Position numbers and translations under genes: made by a program. Positions 52,001 to 62,497 of a stretch of DNA of 64,000 bases are shown here, piece by piece. The notes beneath the pieces were generated by a model, which was not told where the DNA came from, did not search any database, and worked only from the letters and a program-made list of their open reading frames with translations. This DNA is from Amoebophrya sp. A120 (Eukaryota; Protista; Dinoflagellata): NCBI GenBank assembly GCA_905178155.1, contig CAJINV010000006.1, positions 3,906,130-3,970,129 on the forward strand. Reading direction: 5' to 3'. Position 1 is the stretch's first letter; every line of letters begins with the position of its first letter.

Positions 52001-53482
52001 TTCGCACAACAAAACTGCCGAAGTTGCGCGATTAGCACAAATAGAATCGAAACACGGCCCGCACCGCCCTGGTTCGGCGCAAAGTGTTGGGATAGTTGCG
52101 CGGCGGGTTGCACCGTGCAACTTGCCGCGCAACTCGGGCCATACCATCGCGATTCGCAACGCAAACCGTGCAAAAGTTGCACGAGTTGCACAGGTTTCCG
52201 GGAAACCTCGGAAGGCCCATACCGTCCTGGTTCGGCGCGAAATATTGCGATAGTTGCACGGCGAGTTGCACCGTGCAACTCGCCGTGCAACTCGGCCGCA
52301 CCGTCGTGATTCGCAACAAAAACGTGCAAAAGTTGCACGAGTTGCACAAGTTCCCGGGAAATCTCGGAAGCCGAAAACTCCGGGATCCTGGAAAAAGGTG
52401 AAGATCAGCAAAGAGAGACCAAGGGGAATCCGTCTCGCCACAAACTGCGAACCCGCATGGTATGGCGCGCGTTCGCCAATGAATTCGCTATGTTTGACCA
52501 GCGTAAAAAAAGGCGCTTCACGAGGGCACCGCGCCCGGGTATATACGCAAGGTCTGACCTCAATCACGATGCTAGTGCGAATAATTCTAGGCCTCAGCGC
52601 GTACCGTTCTGTATCCTAAACGCCATGTTGTGGGCCCAGCGATTTTCGTGTTTTACTATTGCGCTTTCCCATTACAAATTGGGTATGCTAGCTTTTTTCT
52701 CCGGGATACCTATTTGTGGCGCTGGACGGATTCTCCATCACGATTGTCGGTCGGTAGAGATGGCTTGACAATAGGGCCAAGGAGGTGAGTCCTTGTTCAG
52801 CGATGTGCATGGTGTACTGCAGATGGACGCCGCGGCGCAAAAACAAATCGGCTTCGCGCTGTTGTGTGTCTTCGGCGGTCGTGTAGCGGTAAAAGTGCCA
52901 TGCGGTGTCAAAGAGGCCACTCGCGGTCGTAAAATTTGTCTGCTTCACCCATTGCAGGTGCCCGAACTGGAAGGCAAGCTGCAATCCGCCAAACGCTCCC
53001 GCGTCGGCCATGGGTTCCTGGCCTTTGTAGCTTCTGGCCCCGGTAACAAATTCCCAGATGCTGCCACTGGTCGCCAGGTTCCGCAGTCCCGTCCCCTGGG
53101 TGATGACGTTTGCGACGTTGCGCGCCGTACTAGCCGAAGGAAGGCTTTTCCGCTGCACGTAAGCGAAAGGCATTTCGTCTTCCTCGTCCCGGCCCTCGAT
53201 GAACGCGCGCGTCAGAAAGCGATCGGGTAGATAGGCCAGAGGGTCGCTGGGATCGCCCGGAAGAAGCGTGAGCCGCTGCTTGAAGAAAGCATTCTCCTCT
53301 CGGAGGTCGTCGTAGCCGAGCCAGCCCCTCCACGACTCCGAAAAACCTTGGCCCGGCTCCGCCTTGAAGAAAACGTTGTAGGGGAAGGTGAATCCGTGAA
53401 ACTGCCCCATGAATCCGCTCTTCGCCTTATCCGCATCGACATTAATACGGTACGCGATGAGACACAAGGGCTGCTTCAGCAT
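46011..53482 (-). CDS. Uncharacterised protein (weak Tubby-C/LURP-one-like C-terminus); three introns enlarged by nested elements
   Basis: ORF 52688-53482 splices in frame to exons 50476-50706 (DGKKEEVARLEY..), 50017-50227, 48306-48343, 46234-46256 and 46011-46036 (..ATEPAK*). Probable upstream exons at 53476-54562 are in a shifted frame. Confidence 0.6.
46312..47059 (+). mobile_element. Non-autonomous Helitron-like element, copy 1, nested in introner A 46257-48305
   Basis: A|T insertion with no TSD; 3' hairpin GCGTGGGGAC-CCT-GTCCCCACGC then CTTG. Empty site GGAA|TTTGTCATGC matches the family A interior (e.g. ~36410). Confidence 0.75.
46363..46465 (+). repeat. 13-bp tandem repeat GACAGGTGACCTT
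   Basis: About 8 units here and about 13 at 47704-47886; a two-unit remnant at ~55166-55186. Confidence 0.9.
47071..47620. mobile_element. Unclassified 550-bp insertion flanked by the direct repeat GTCATGCT
   Basis: GTCATGCT at 47063-47070 and 47621-47628. Removal restores a family-A-like interior. Confidence 0.6.
47653..48240 (+). mobile_element. Non-autonomous Helitron-like element, copy 2
   Basis: Same 5' end (TTAATAYTTACATTGCTTGACTTCCGGG), hairpin and CTTG end as copy 1. Empty site CCAGA|TTTGTCATGC. Confidence 0.75.
47900..48179 (+). repeat. 92-bp tandem repeat (3 units; 2 more at 46816-47003)
   Basis: CTAG recurs at 47900, 47992, 48084 and 48176. Each unit contains the hairpin GGGGCGGAC-GCT-GTCCGCCCC. 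Confidence 0.9.
48500..49858. mobile_element. Unclassified ~1.36-kb GC-rich insertion in introner B 48344-50016
   Basis: GCGGCAG direct repeat at 48493-48499 and 49859-49865, with introner-type sequence outside both copies. Confidence 0.5.
50807..52611. mobile_element. Non-autonomous hAT-like DNA transposon nested in introner C 50707-52708
   Basis: 8-bp TSD TATCCTAA (50799-50806, 52612-52619); ~26-bp TIR SAGAMCGGTACGCGCTGAGGCCTAGA; GGGGGCCCCCG and GTTGCAC/GTGCAAC internal repeats. No transposase ORF. Confidence 0.8.
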
Positions 53483-56400
53483 TCTTGTTTCTTCTTTTTA
53501 GACAGCTTGCGCTGGTCCAAAAGTTGCACGGGTAGCAGTTGAGTAGAAGTACCGGACGACGGCCCTCCTGCGGCCGCGGCGGTCGTGGTAGTTTCCTTTG
53601 CCTCTGCCGCTGACGTGTCCATTGGGAGCGGGGCGTTGACGGCGAACGCCTGCTGCGCTGCTGGGGAGAGTTGCTGTAGTTCAGTCGCTATGCATTGCAA
53701 ATACGCCTGGCGTCATGGGAAATTGAAATAAGTATAAAGATAGCAACGTCCGTAATGCATGAGTGCGAGTGCGTGCTTTTCTTGTATCTATTTCTCCGTG
53801 CAGGAAGCCAATTTGTCAGGAGGAATACGGCAAAATTCGCGGCATCACGCGAAAAATTTCTGATGCGCTCATGCCGTACAAAGCATCGCTCTAACTGTGA
53901 TGCAAGACTCAGCAACACAAATTCGCTGCATCTTTCCAGACCGAGACATATTTGCAATGCTTAGTCGCAGCTGCTCTCACTGCCGCTTCCTCGTCTTCCT
54001 TTTGCTTGGGCAGTTCCAGGGGGTTGCGCTCGGTCTTCCTTTTGCTTTTCGTCTTCGTTTTCCTACCTTAAAATATTTTCAGAAATGAAGGTAGCGCAAT
54101 TCATGTATATTCCTTGTTCTTACTAAAGTCAAAGGTCAGAGTCAGACTTGTTCGCGCAACGTACAAGTATATCAACGTAAAATTATTAAACGCTAAATAG
54201 AGCATAAAAATTGAGAATGAGAACACAAATGTAAGTAATCGAAGATCACCTGCCTTCCCACGGAGCTGCCGTTCCTTTTCCGGTGCGGGCCCCTTGTAGT
54301 TCCGAACAATTTTCCCGACAACTACATCCGCAAGCTGGTACTGACAAAGAAACATGACCTGCGACCGTAGGAAGAACCGCGCAAAGGCCGTAAAGACGAT
54401 GTTGCGCTGCATGTTTCCTCGCCGAGCTGGTACTGTTTCACCACGACTTCTGCAACTTCTGAAAACGCGAATACACTGACCGGCAGTAGCAGTTTCCGTC
54501 CCCGTGTCCGTTTTGTCGCCCCGGACAAGATAATGTCCAGCACGAGAACTAGGGGCGACCACTTTTCTTATTTCTTGTGTTTCGCGAAACTAGAAATACT
54601 GACTTGCTTGGCGCGCAAAGGTAAAGTCGGTGTAGTGGAAAGAACAAAAGTTTTAGAGCGTGAGCGGATTACTTATGTCGTAAGTAAAGTATCGCTTTTC
54701 TTCCCCGTTCTTGTTGTGAAGGCCCCGAAGGCAAAAAGAAAAAATGTCTTCCTTTTGTTTTGCTTTTCTTGACGCCATGGACCACGAGCCATATTATTTA
54801 CAACGAAGCACGACGATGGTATGCAGCTTTGACGAGTACTAACAAACAAGCCCCAACATTTAAGAGGATCAGCATTCCTGCGACGACGTTGATGTCTATG
54901 TCTGTTCACTGCTTTTTTTTTTCTGTTTCCATGAAGCGACACGAAGATCACGACCACAATATTAAACGAACGAAGATCTTCATAAATAATCGATTGAGCG
55001 AAGGCCGAGCAATCGATGAAGATTTTTTGTTTGTTGGGCGGGGCGACACAGAACCGCTTGGAAGTTTTTCTTTCGCCTCGTCACGTCGTTAGCGCTACTT
55101 GAACAAAAATACGAACTGGCCAAACAACTTGCGTCCATCGATGAACATGGGGGCAGATGGGGGCGACAGGTGACCGCGACAGGTGAAAACATAAAGCAAC
55201 TTACACTGAATTACTGCGCCCCGCATATTACAGTGCGCTGCTGGCGAAGCAGCTAGCGTGATCTCTCGTCGGAGATTGTGTATCATTGCCGAGAACACCA
55301 GAGGCTCGAAAAGGTGATGCTAAGCGTGAGCCGCCTACGCTTCCACGTCGCCATCGGTCAGCATGCACATTTTTGTACACTGTCACTGTCTGTCAGGCAT
55401 GCGGAAAAATGCATTGCAATAAAATTTCATACACAGTTTCCACCCTCATTTCCGTGCAATACAAGAAGAAACCATGTGCCAGAAGAATTTGCGTTACGCA
55501 GTCCGAAAGATATTGGCTGTCACGAACTTTTCTCTTTCGATCAGTAGCGACATTTTTGTGCTATCATCTTGCGCCAGGAGATCCAAGAACCGAAGCCGAA
55601 CGTCGACCGAGGGGCTTTTAGGTAATTCCTGTTCCTCTTCAAATTTTTACACTGAACCACTTCCACTGCATACAGAAGTCTGCTGCTGGTGAAGCAGCTA
55701 GCGTGATGATCCCTCGGAGATTTTGTTTCATGATTGACAAGAACACCGGCGGCTCGGAAACGTAATATAAGGGTGATGTGCCACCTCAGCCGCGGCTACA
55801 ACGGCGAGTGCTTTGTTTTTGATATGCTCTGCCTTTTCCCGTGGTTTCTTGAACCCAAAATATGGTAAAGAAATAAATTTGTCGCATGTATCAAATGTTT
55901 ACTATTATTTCTTGTCCCATGTGTAAATAATGAAATAAGTCCAGCAGGTTTGCTACGTTAGCTTTCGCCGAACCTACTGGGGCAGGCTATGCCGTGAAAG
56001 TAGGTGGAACTTCTACGCCGGGAAAACAACAGCTTCATAGGTGGTCATGCGAGCTTCTTCTTCGGCTGTCTTGCGTCTTTTGTCGATTGCGCTTGTGCTG
56101 GTGACTGGAAACAAGCGCGACGAGAGAACAATACCTGCGATGATGTTGTTTTAGCGATTTCGATTTGTCTCGCACATCACACGCCGCGAGAAGTGGGTTG
56201 CGCGAGAGTGCCGCTTCGAACAAGTACATCTTCACAGACAGACCACGGGGCCGAAAGATTGATTTGTTGCATGACAAAGTAGAAGTCTACTCCTTCTACT
56301 TCTAGCCTACAAAAGTACAAAAGTACCTTCTAGTATTCGCTTTCGTTGCCAACTTCGCAGAGGGTACTTATAACTTCGCCTTTTGTACTGCTTCTACTGG

Positions 56401-58663
56401 TGCGCCTACCTCCCTCTGTCGGTTGCACAGGTTCTAGATCTAGATCAGACGCACGACGACGGCGAGAGTACCTGTATAAAGTGATGCTTCGTGGTTTCAT
56501 CACTCGAATGCAGCACGAAACACCCACACGTCGACGTAGAACCCAGTGTGGCTCTGCTGTTGTTCAGTGGAATCTGTATGATTATTGAAATCTGTTCGAC
56601 TCTAAGCTTTAGATTACATATCTGTATAAGTTTAAGTAGCTCGTCACAACAGTACAAAAATACCTTCCGTTCGGTGTCAACTTCGCAGAAGATGGTATTT
56701 CGCATGTGGAAGTACTGCAGCGTCTACTTTGACTGTCTTCATCTTGTGTTCATTGCGCTGGCTCTGGTACAAAAGCAAGACCAGAGATGTCTGGTACAGA
56801 AGCAGCGACCTGTGTGTAAAGTGGTATTGAGTGATTCTTTCATACTAAGGGGAAAAGTTCAAGAATAAGAATCCGAGCAAAAATTGCTTAGGGGGCCCAG
56901 CGACGGTAGGTGCTGGGTCGCGGTGTTGTAGTCTTTTTGTAGTAAGTACAAGACAAATGCCACACACAGAAGAAAAAGGAGAAAATACAAAAGGCCGGCT
57001 GCGGCCCCACCCCCAGGCTGCGGCCCGGCGCTTCTATGGCCCGGCCACCGCCCCGGCCCCGGCCTCGCCCGATGCTTTTGTTGGCCGGGGAACCCAAAGG
57101 GAGCCGGAGCCCAATTCTGTGGCCCTTTCGGAGGGCCAAAAAATCTCAAGGGGGGGCCTCCGCGGGGGCTTTCGCGGGGGGGTCTTCAGGGGGGTCGATC
57201 TTTCTATTCTTGAAAACTCAACACCCATGCTATGGTGCCGATTTGGGGGCTCAGAGGGGGGGCGCCAGTTTGCCGCTTCCGGACCCTTTTCGGAACCCCC
57301 CACCCTGTCCATTCTTGAAAACTCAACGCCGATTGGTAATTGCCTATTTTCATGCTAATCACGATCTATAAGCAAAAAGGCGCGCGAGTATTGAGACTGC
57401 CACTTTTTTGTACGGAGTGTCTCCTCCAGACCGATCCGAAAGTGGGCGCGCGCGATGCTTCTGGGCCACCCTCACGAGCCACCCTCCCCGGTTTTCCCGC
57501 TGGAGATGTACCTCGCCGACCTCCAGCGCGGAATCCATTTCGTCATCTGCTTCTGCGCCCTCGTCGAACCCGCCTAGCTATTTTTGCAAAAATTCTTATT
57601 CTTGAACTTTTCCCTGTAGTATTTCACTTACTTACTTTATTCATCACAAAAGACCCCGCCCCCACAAGGAGGAGGGTCCGACTTTACATACCGATACCTG
57701 CATGATGAAGATCTTTGCCGCGAATCCACGAAAGAATCCTGTGGTGTCAGTGTCACTGAGTGACACGAACTTCGCATCGCAAAACAACCCATACAGATCC
57801 TACAGCAGCACCGTAAACACTTACCTTCCGCCGCCCGGTCCAGATTCCTGCTGCATAGACTACCCGACAATAGGTCGTGCTGCGCTACCCGACAATAGGA
57901 GAAGCCGTCTTCGCATCGCGAGTACTGTTGTAGTCGACCATAGGTCGCGCCGCGCTTCTTGCGGTTGTTTCACCCCGTGCGCAGTGCCCCTTCCAGAGAG
58001 GTTCGTTCTATATGAGTGATGCTTATGGTTCTACATAATAATCGGAAGCGTGCTCTTGTGCTACTTGTAATCCCGGTAAACATCTGAAGTTGCAAGTGTT
58101 AGGATAAGATTTAAAATTTATAATCCAAAACGGTTCTGATTATTAACGATCTTCGCAATGCGGAAGTAATTGGGTAGGCTATATTTGTAATATTTTTTGT
58201 AAGATAGAAGCTCTTGTGTATGAAAAAGTAAAGTGCAATAGGAGGTGATCAGTGCCAGCTGTAATATACGATATCGAAAACCATACTAAGAAGAAAGATG
58301 CTAAAAAATGGAAATTGTTCAAGCAACAACAAAAACGGATATGATCATCTGGAAAAATGCATTCACATTCTGAAGCAAATCGTTGAAAATTTTAAATTTG
58401 CACTTTTTGGTGTTGGTCGGTATCGACGATGTAAATCTCGTATTCGCGGATGTAGGTCTCTCGGATGTAAATCTGATCGGGTTCGCATGCGGTATCAAAG
58501 TTAAAGACGCAAAAAAATGAAAACATGAAGTAGTAGTAAACAAAAGAACTCCCTTGATGGGTTTTGCTGTGCTAAACAAAAATCTGCTTTGTGCATTTGT
58601 TTTCTGGTTCCACCATCCAGCGCGATCATGCAGAGCAGTTCTTTTATTCAGAATCATACTTAC

Positions 58664-60786
58664 TTAGCGATACTTACTTAGCGAAACCACCTTGCTGCCA
58701 TCCGGGCACGGGTCGCTCATATCGCTGTATGGGTATTTGGCGCCGTTGTTGTATGGCGTTGGTCTTTGGTGTGCGTCCAACGAGCACAACTCGGTGATAA
58801 AAGTCGAGCCGGTGTCGAAGTAATTCCGGCACAAACCCTGCTGACCCGGGTCGGCTTGGCCGGGGAACTCGGCCATCATGATGTTATCGCATTCCTGCTT
58901 CTGGTGAACTGGCGCTTTCAAAACCGGGCAGCCACGGTCGTCCAATTTGAAAGGCACGTTGTCGTTCCCCATCGACATGGCATCGCACCTGTAGTTGCTC
59001 TCAGGTGGCAAGGATAGGTGGCAACGGCCGTCGTTGTTCTTGGTGAATCACTTCCCCATGCCCCGCTTCCCCACCTCCCCACTGCCCCATGGTGGGGAAG
59101 TGCTTCCTCCGTGGCGGGGAAATGGGGAAGCCAACCCCCGCATCCCCACCACCCACTGTAATACCTTCTCGCCCGCAGCTGCGCTCAACCACGTACCTAC
59201 CTATGTATGTGGCCGCCCGCCACAAACCTGGCGGCAGACACAGGCGGCCGGATGTGCAACAACGCACGGGGCGCGCAATCTTGTAAAGAAACATGACACG
59301 GGAAACACGGTGGGGGCACACTAAAGGGCCACGAAGAACGAAGGCGAGTAAGGGGGGGGAAGAGCCGAGGCACGGAGAGAAGGGGAGGCGCGTTCAGGGA
59401 AAAGCGGCAAAGCGGGCGGCGGAGAAGCACCGCCGCGGCCCCGAGCCCCAAACCCTAGACCCTAAAAAACAAACCGGCCGGCGGCTCCATGCCTCACCGC
59501 TCCAGCTGCAGTGAGGTGGTGCAGGGCAGGTGGGGAGGCAATGCAGAGGACGTGCGTGGGGCAGTGCTGCAGGTGCGGATGCGCGCCGTGGGGAGGTGGG
59601 TTAATGGGATGGGAACGTGATTCACGTCCTTATTCTTGTAGGGCTGCACGAAGACCTTGGTCACGACCCACCCCGCCATCTTCTGCGGTCCTCCCAAACC
59701 ATAATTTTTATCGTAATTCATACAACCGTTCTCATCGCATCCATCGCAATCCAGCATCTGGGGCGCCTGATTGTAGGTGCAGTAGCAATTGTTTTCAGCT
59801 GGTGTCGGTCCATCATGAGCCCACCACCGGTCGTCCGACATCGAGGACTTGTCCTGCATCATGACCGCGGCGAGGGATTTCGACTTGCCCTTTTTCTTGA
59901 CGACACACGCTATCAAGCTCATAAGTACCCCGCCCAGAAAAATGCAAACAAGTGTTTGCAATGCACAGTTCCCACACGGCAATTTTTTGTCTTGCATGAA
60001 GCCCATGCGATTCAGTTTGCCTTTGTTCAACAAGAATTTACTACCATGCGGCCTATGCAGCAGTAGAGCGGCCTAGTTCACATATACTCATTCTAGTATC
60101 GGAAGTTCTCATATTAGCATATTGCAACACTCCTGCGAAACCTCATAAGATGGTACTGATTCTGCTATGTGCAATTTGTGTTGCAGTTCTCGCTGATACT
60201 TCCTTGCGAGAAGATTCCGGAGAAAACTGAAAAGTTTTGCATTATACAAACACTCATCTTCCAACATTCGGGGTCTAGGGCACTTTCAATTTTGATACGC
60301 GCCTCTCCTTGTTCCGTGACGACCTTGTTCTCCAGAAAGGTTCCACCGACCTCGCTGCCCGCCCACGCGTTGGTAAACTCCAAATCCCTATGCATCGCAA
60401 CTATTTCTGGGTCTCGGGGGATGCAAACGAAGCTTACGATGCGCATTCTGCATCACAGGAAAATCTCGCATCGCAAACCAGCAAAAGTTGCTCATTTGTT
60501 TCCTATCGCTACCAGTTAAAGCGGATTTATTTTCATGCGGATTTTTAGGCATTTTGATTTTTTGAGACACCTTCACCTTCTAGAATGTCCAAGCTGCAAT
60601 GCTAGAGCTTGCATGCCAGCGCGTCTGGGCAACGAACCGAAAAACAGCATGACAAAGGTCTGCGTCTGCACCCTTCCAGACACAGAGACATATTCACATT
60701 CGATATTCCAGGGAGGTGGTGGTGGTGTTCTTCATCGCGGCGACTTCGGGTGTCGCACCAACCGCCACAAAGATCGCTTGCTTCAT
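58664..60786 (-). CDS. Cys-rich, possibly secreted protein; 3 introns
   Basis: MKQAIFVAVGA..|..GEAR|VVKKKGK..NNCYCTY..LDCDGCDENGC..YKNKD|NNDGRCHL..SKYR*, in frame after removing 60389-60705, 59911-60297 and GT-AG intron 59039-59625. Confidence 0.7.
59039..59625 (-). other. GT-AG intron derived from an unrelated inverted-repeat element
   Basis: Minus strand GTGAATCACGTTCCC...GGGAAGTGATTCAC-CAAG. Flanks TAAGGAC/CAAGAAC resemble a 7-bp TSD. Splicing is in frame. Confidence 0.7.
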
Positions 60787-62497
60787 TTTGCAACTTGCGG
60801 GACGAGCTTTATCAAATGCAAAAATGTCTGGGTCTGGAAGATTGCGAGGTTTGGTTGGTTGGTTGGATAGCGCCTGTCGCCGGTGCAGGTCCCGCCCTCC
60901 ATCGATTGAGGTTTGTCATGCTTGTCTGGCATGACCAAAAAGTTTGTGATGCGTGTCCAAGAAGAGACCATTTTTCTTGTCATGCAAAAACGTAGTGTGT
61001 CATGCGAAAAACGCAACACAAAGAAGCGCAGACATTTCTCATGCTTGGCCGTGCATTACAGAGCGAGAGCATTCACTATTCCCAACGAAGCATTACAAGT
61101 TTCCAGGCCCAGATGACATTTTTGCACTTGATAACAAGCTTGGGACAATAACAATTCCTGTTTCTAGCTGTAGAAAAGAGTAGGCTTTTCGTAACCGCTC
61201 CGAGGCGATTTAAACGAGGGTGTTCTAGAGGTGAGTCGTGTAACGACTAGCGGAAAAAAACTTGCTTTTGCTCCTGGATTTGTTGGTTTGTAAGTAAATG
61301 AGCATTTTTTACATCACTGATGGACGACGTTGAATGATGATGGTAATAGGCTTTCAGTGTTTCTTGCACGAAAGATTTTTTATCGGATGCTATAACTTAG
61401 TTTTACAATCGATTATATTGTCAAGTGGAGTCGCACGAAAATCTTAGCACCAGTTTACGACTTTTAGTTGTACTTCACGTATGAATGAGAAAAGATGAAG
61501 TGAGAACTTCCAGGCAATCGACGAAGAGGTGGACCTGACCAGAACGAAATTACAAATCGTACGAATCTTCCTATGTCGACGAACTACGCACATCATGTTC
61601 TGGTCAACTACAAAACGAATCAAAGGACGACGAGTGAGGAGAGTATCTCGGTCAAGTAGAAGATCTCGGTGCTACTACATCTATCAGCACTACTACGAAA
61701 GGCGTGCTTTGTTGTTCCCAGCGACAACCACGAGGACGATACGATATAGGATTTTGATTTTCTTCTTCTTCACCAAGCAATTCATAAAGTCACAGCTGGC
61801 TTGATACTGCTGACCCCAACCATCGAAAAGAACAGACTTGGTACTTGTTCATCGACTGATATAGCACATTAATATTTATGAACAAGGACGAGCTACTGAT
61901 CATGGTATGATACGACGGCTGCTATTGCTTTTCGACGAACTTCAGTTTACTTTTAAAACTTCATCCAAGCATTCAACACGCCAATAACGCATGCACTACT
62001 ACATACCACAACCACTAACAGATTGTGATTGCGTCTTGTTAGCATGACATAGTAAAATTTTTTGAACGTGCTAGTACTGTATCACGCCAGTTCATCGGCT
62101 CAGAGTCTTTCGTTCGAACACACAGCTGGAAGTTATGTTTAAGTACTCACCAGCCCAAAAAATGACGTGCGTGGTGCAGCGTGCAGCACCTGCAGCAGGA
62201 AGACTTGGATATACAGGGTCATCAGGTCGAGAAGCGTGTGAAGCTCAAGCTTTTTTTGTTGTAGGGGTAATTACAAGTTGTCCTTTTTGTTTCATATCAG
62301 GAGCGTGCGGCGCAAACCGGCGTGCTGACGGTTTCAGGGCGTTGAAAGGTGCGGGTTCTCCACGACCTTTCCGCCAGGGTTGTGCTGCTGTTGACACAGG
62401 ACGCAGATGTTGTACCAGATGTGATTGTGAATGCGGTGCCAATAGAAGAAGTAAGTATTTACACGACATGTCATCATCATACGGAAGCTGTCGCGTC

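Noticed and set aside
51013-52567. 444-aa and overlapping long ORFs as a transposase
   Set aside because: GC-rich repeat sequence open in several frames; no DDE, BED-finger or hAT dimerisation motif seen.
55240-55770. Imperfect ~80-bp direct repeat (GCTGGYGAAGCAGCTAGCGTGAT) about 445 bp apart as LTRs
   Set aside because: Too short and degenerate, with no TG..CA ends, primer-binding site or coding interior.
59911-60297. Hydrophobic N-terminus of ORF 59494-60033 and C-terminus of ORF 60165-60446
   Set aside because: Both read into an E-like introner with TSD CACGC/CGCGC; removal gives one continuous frame.
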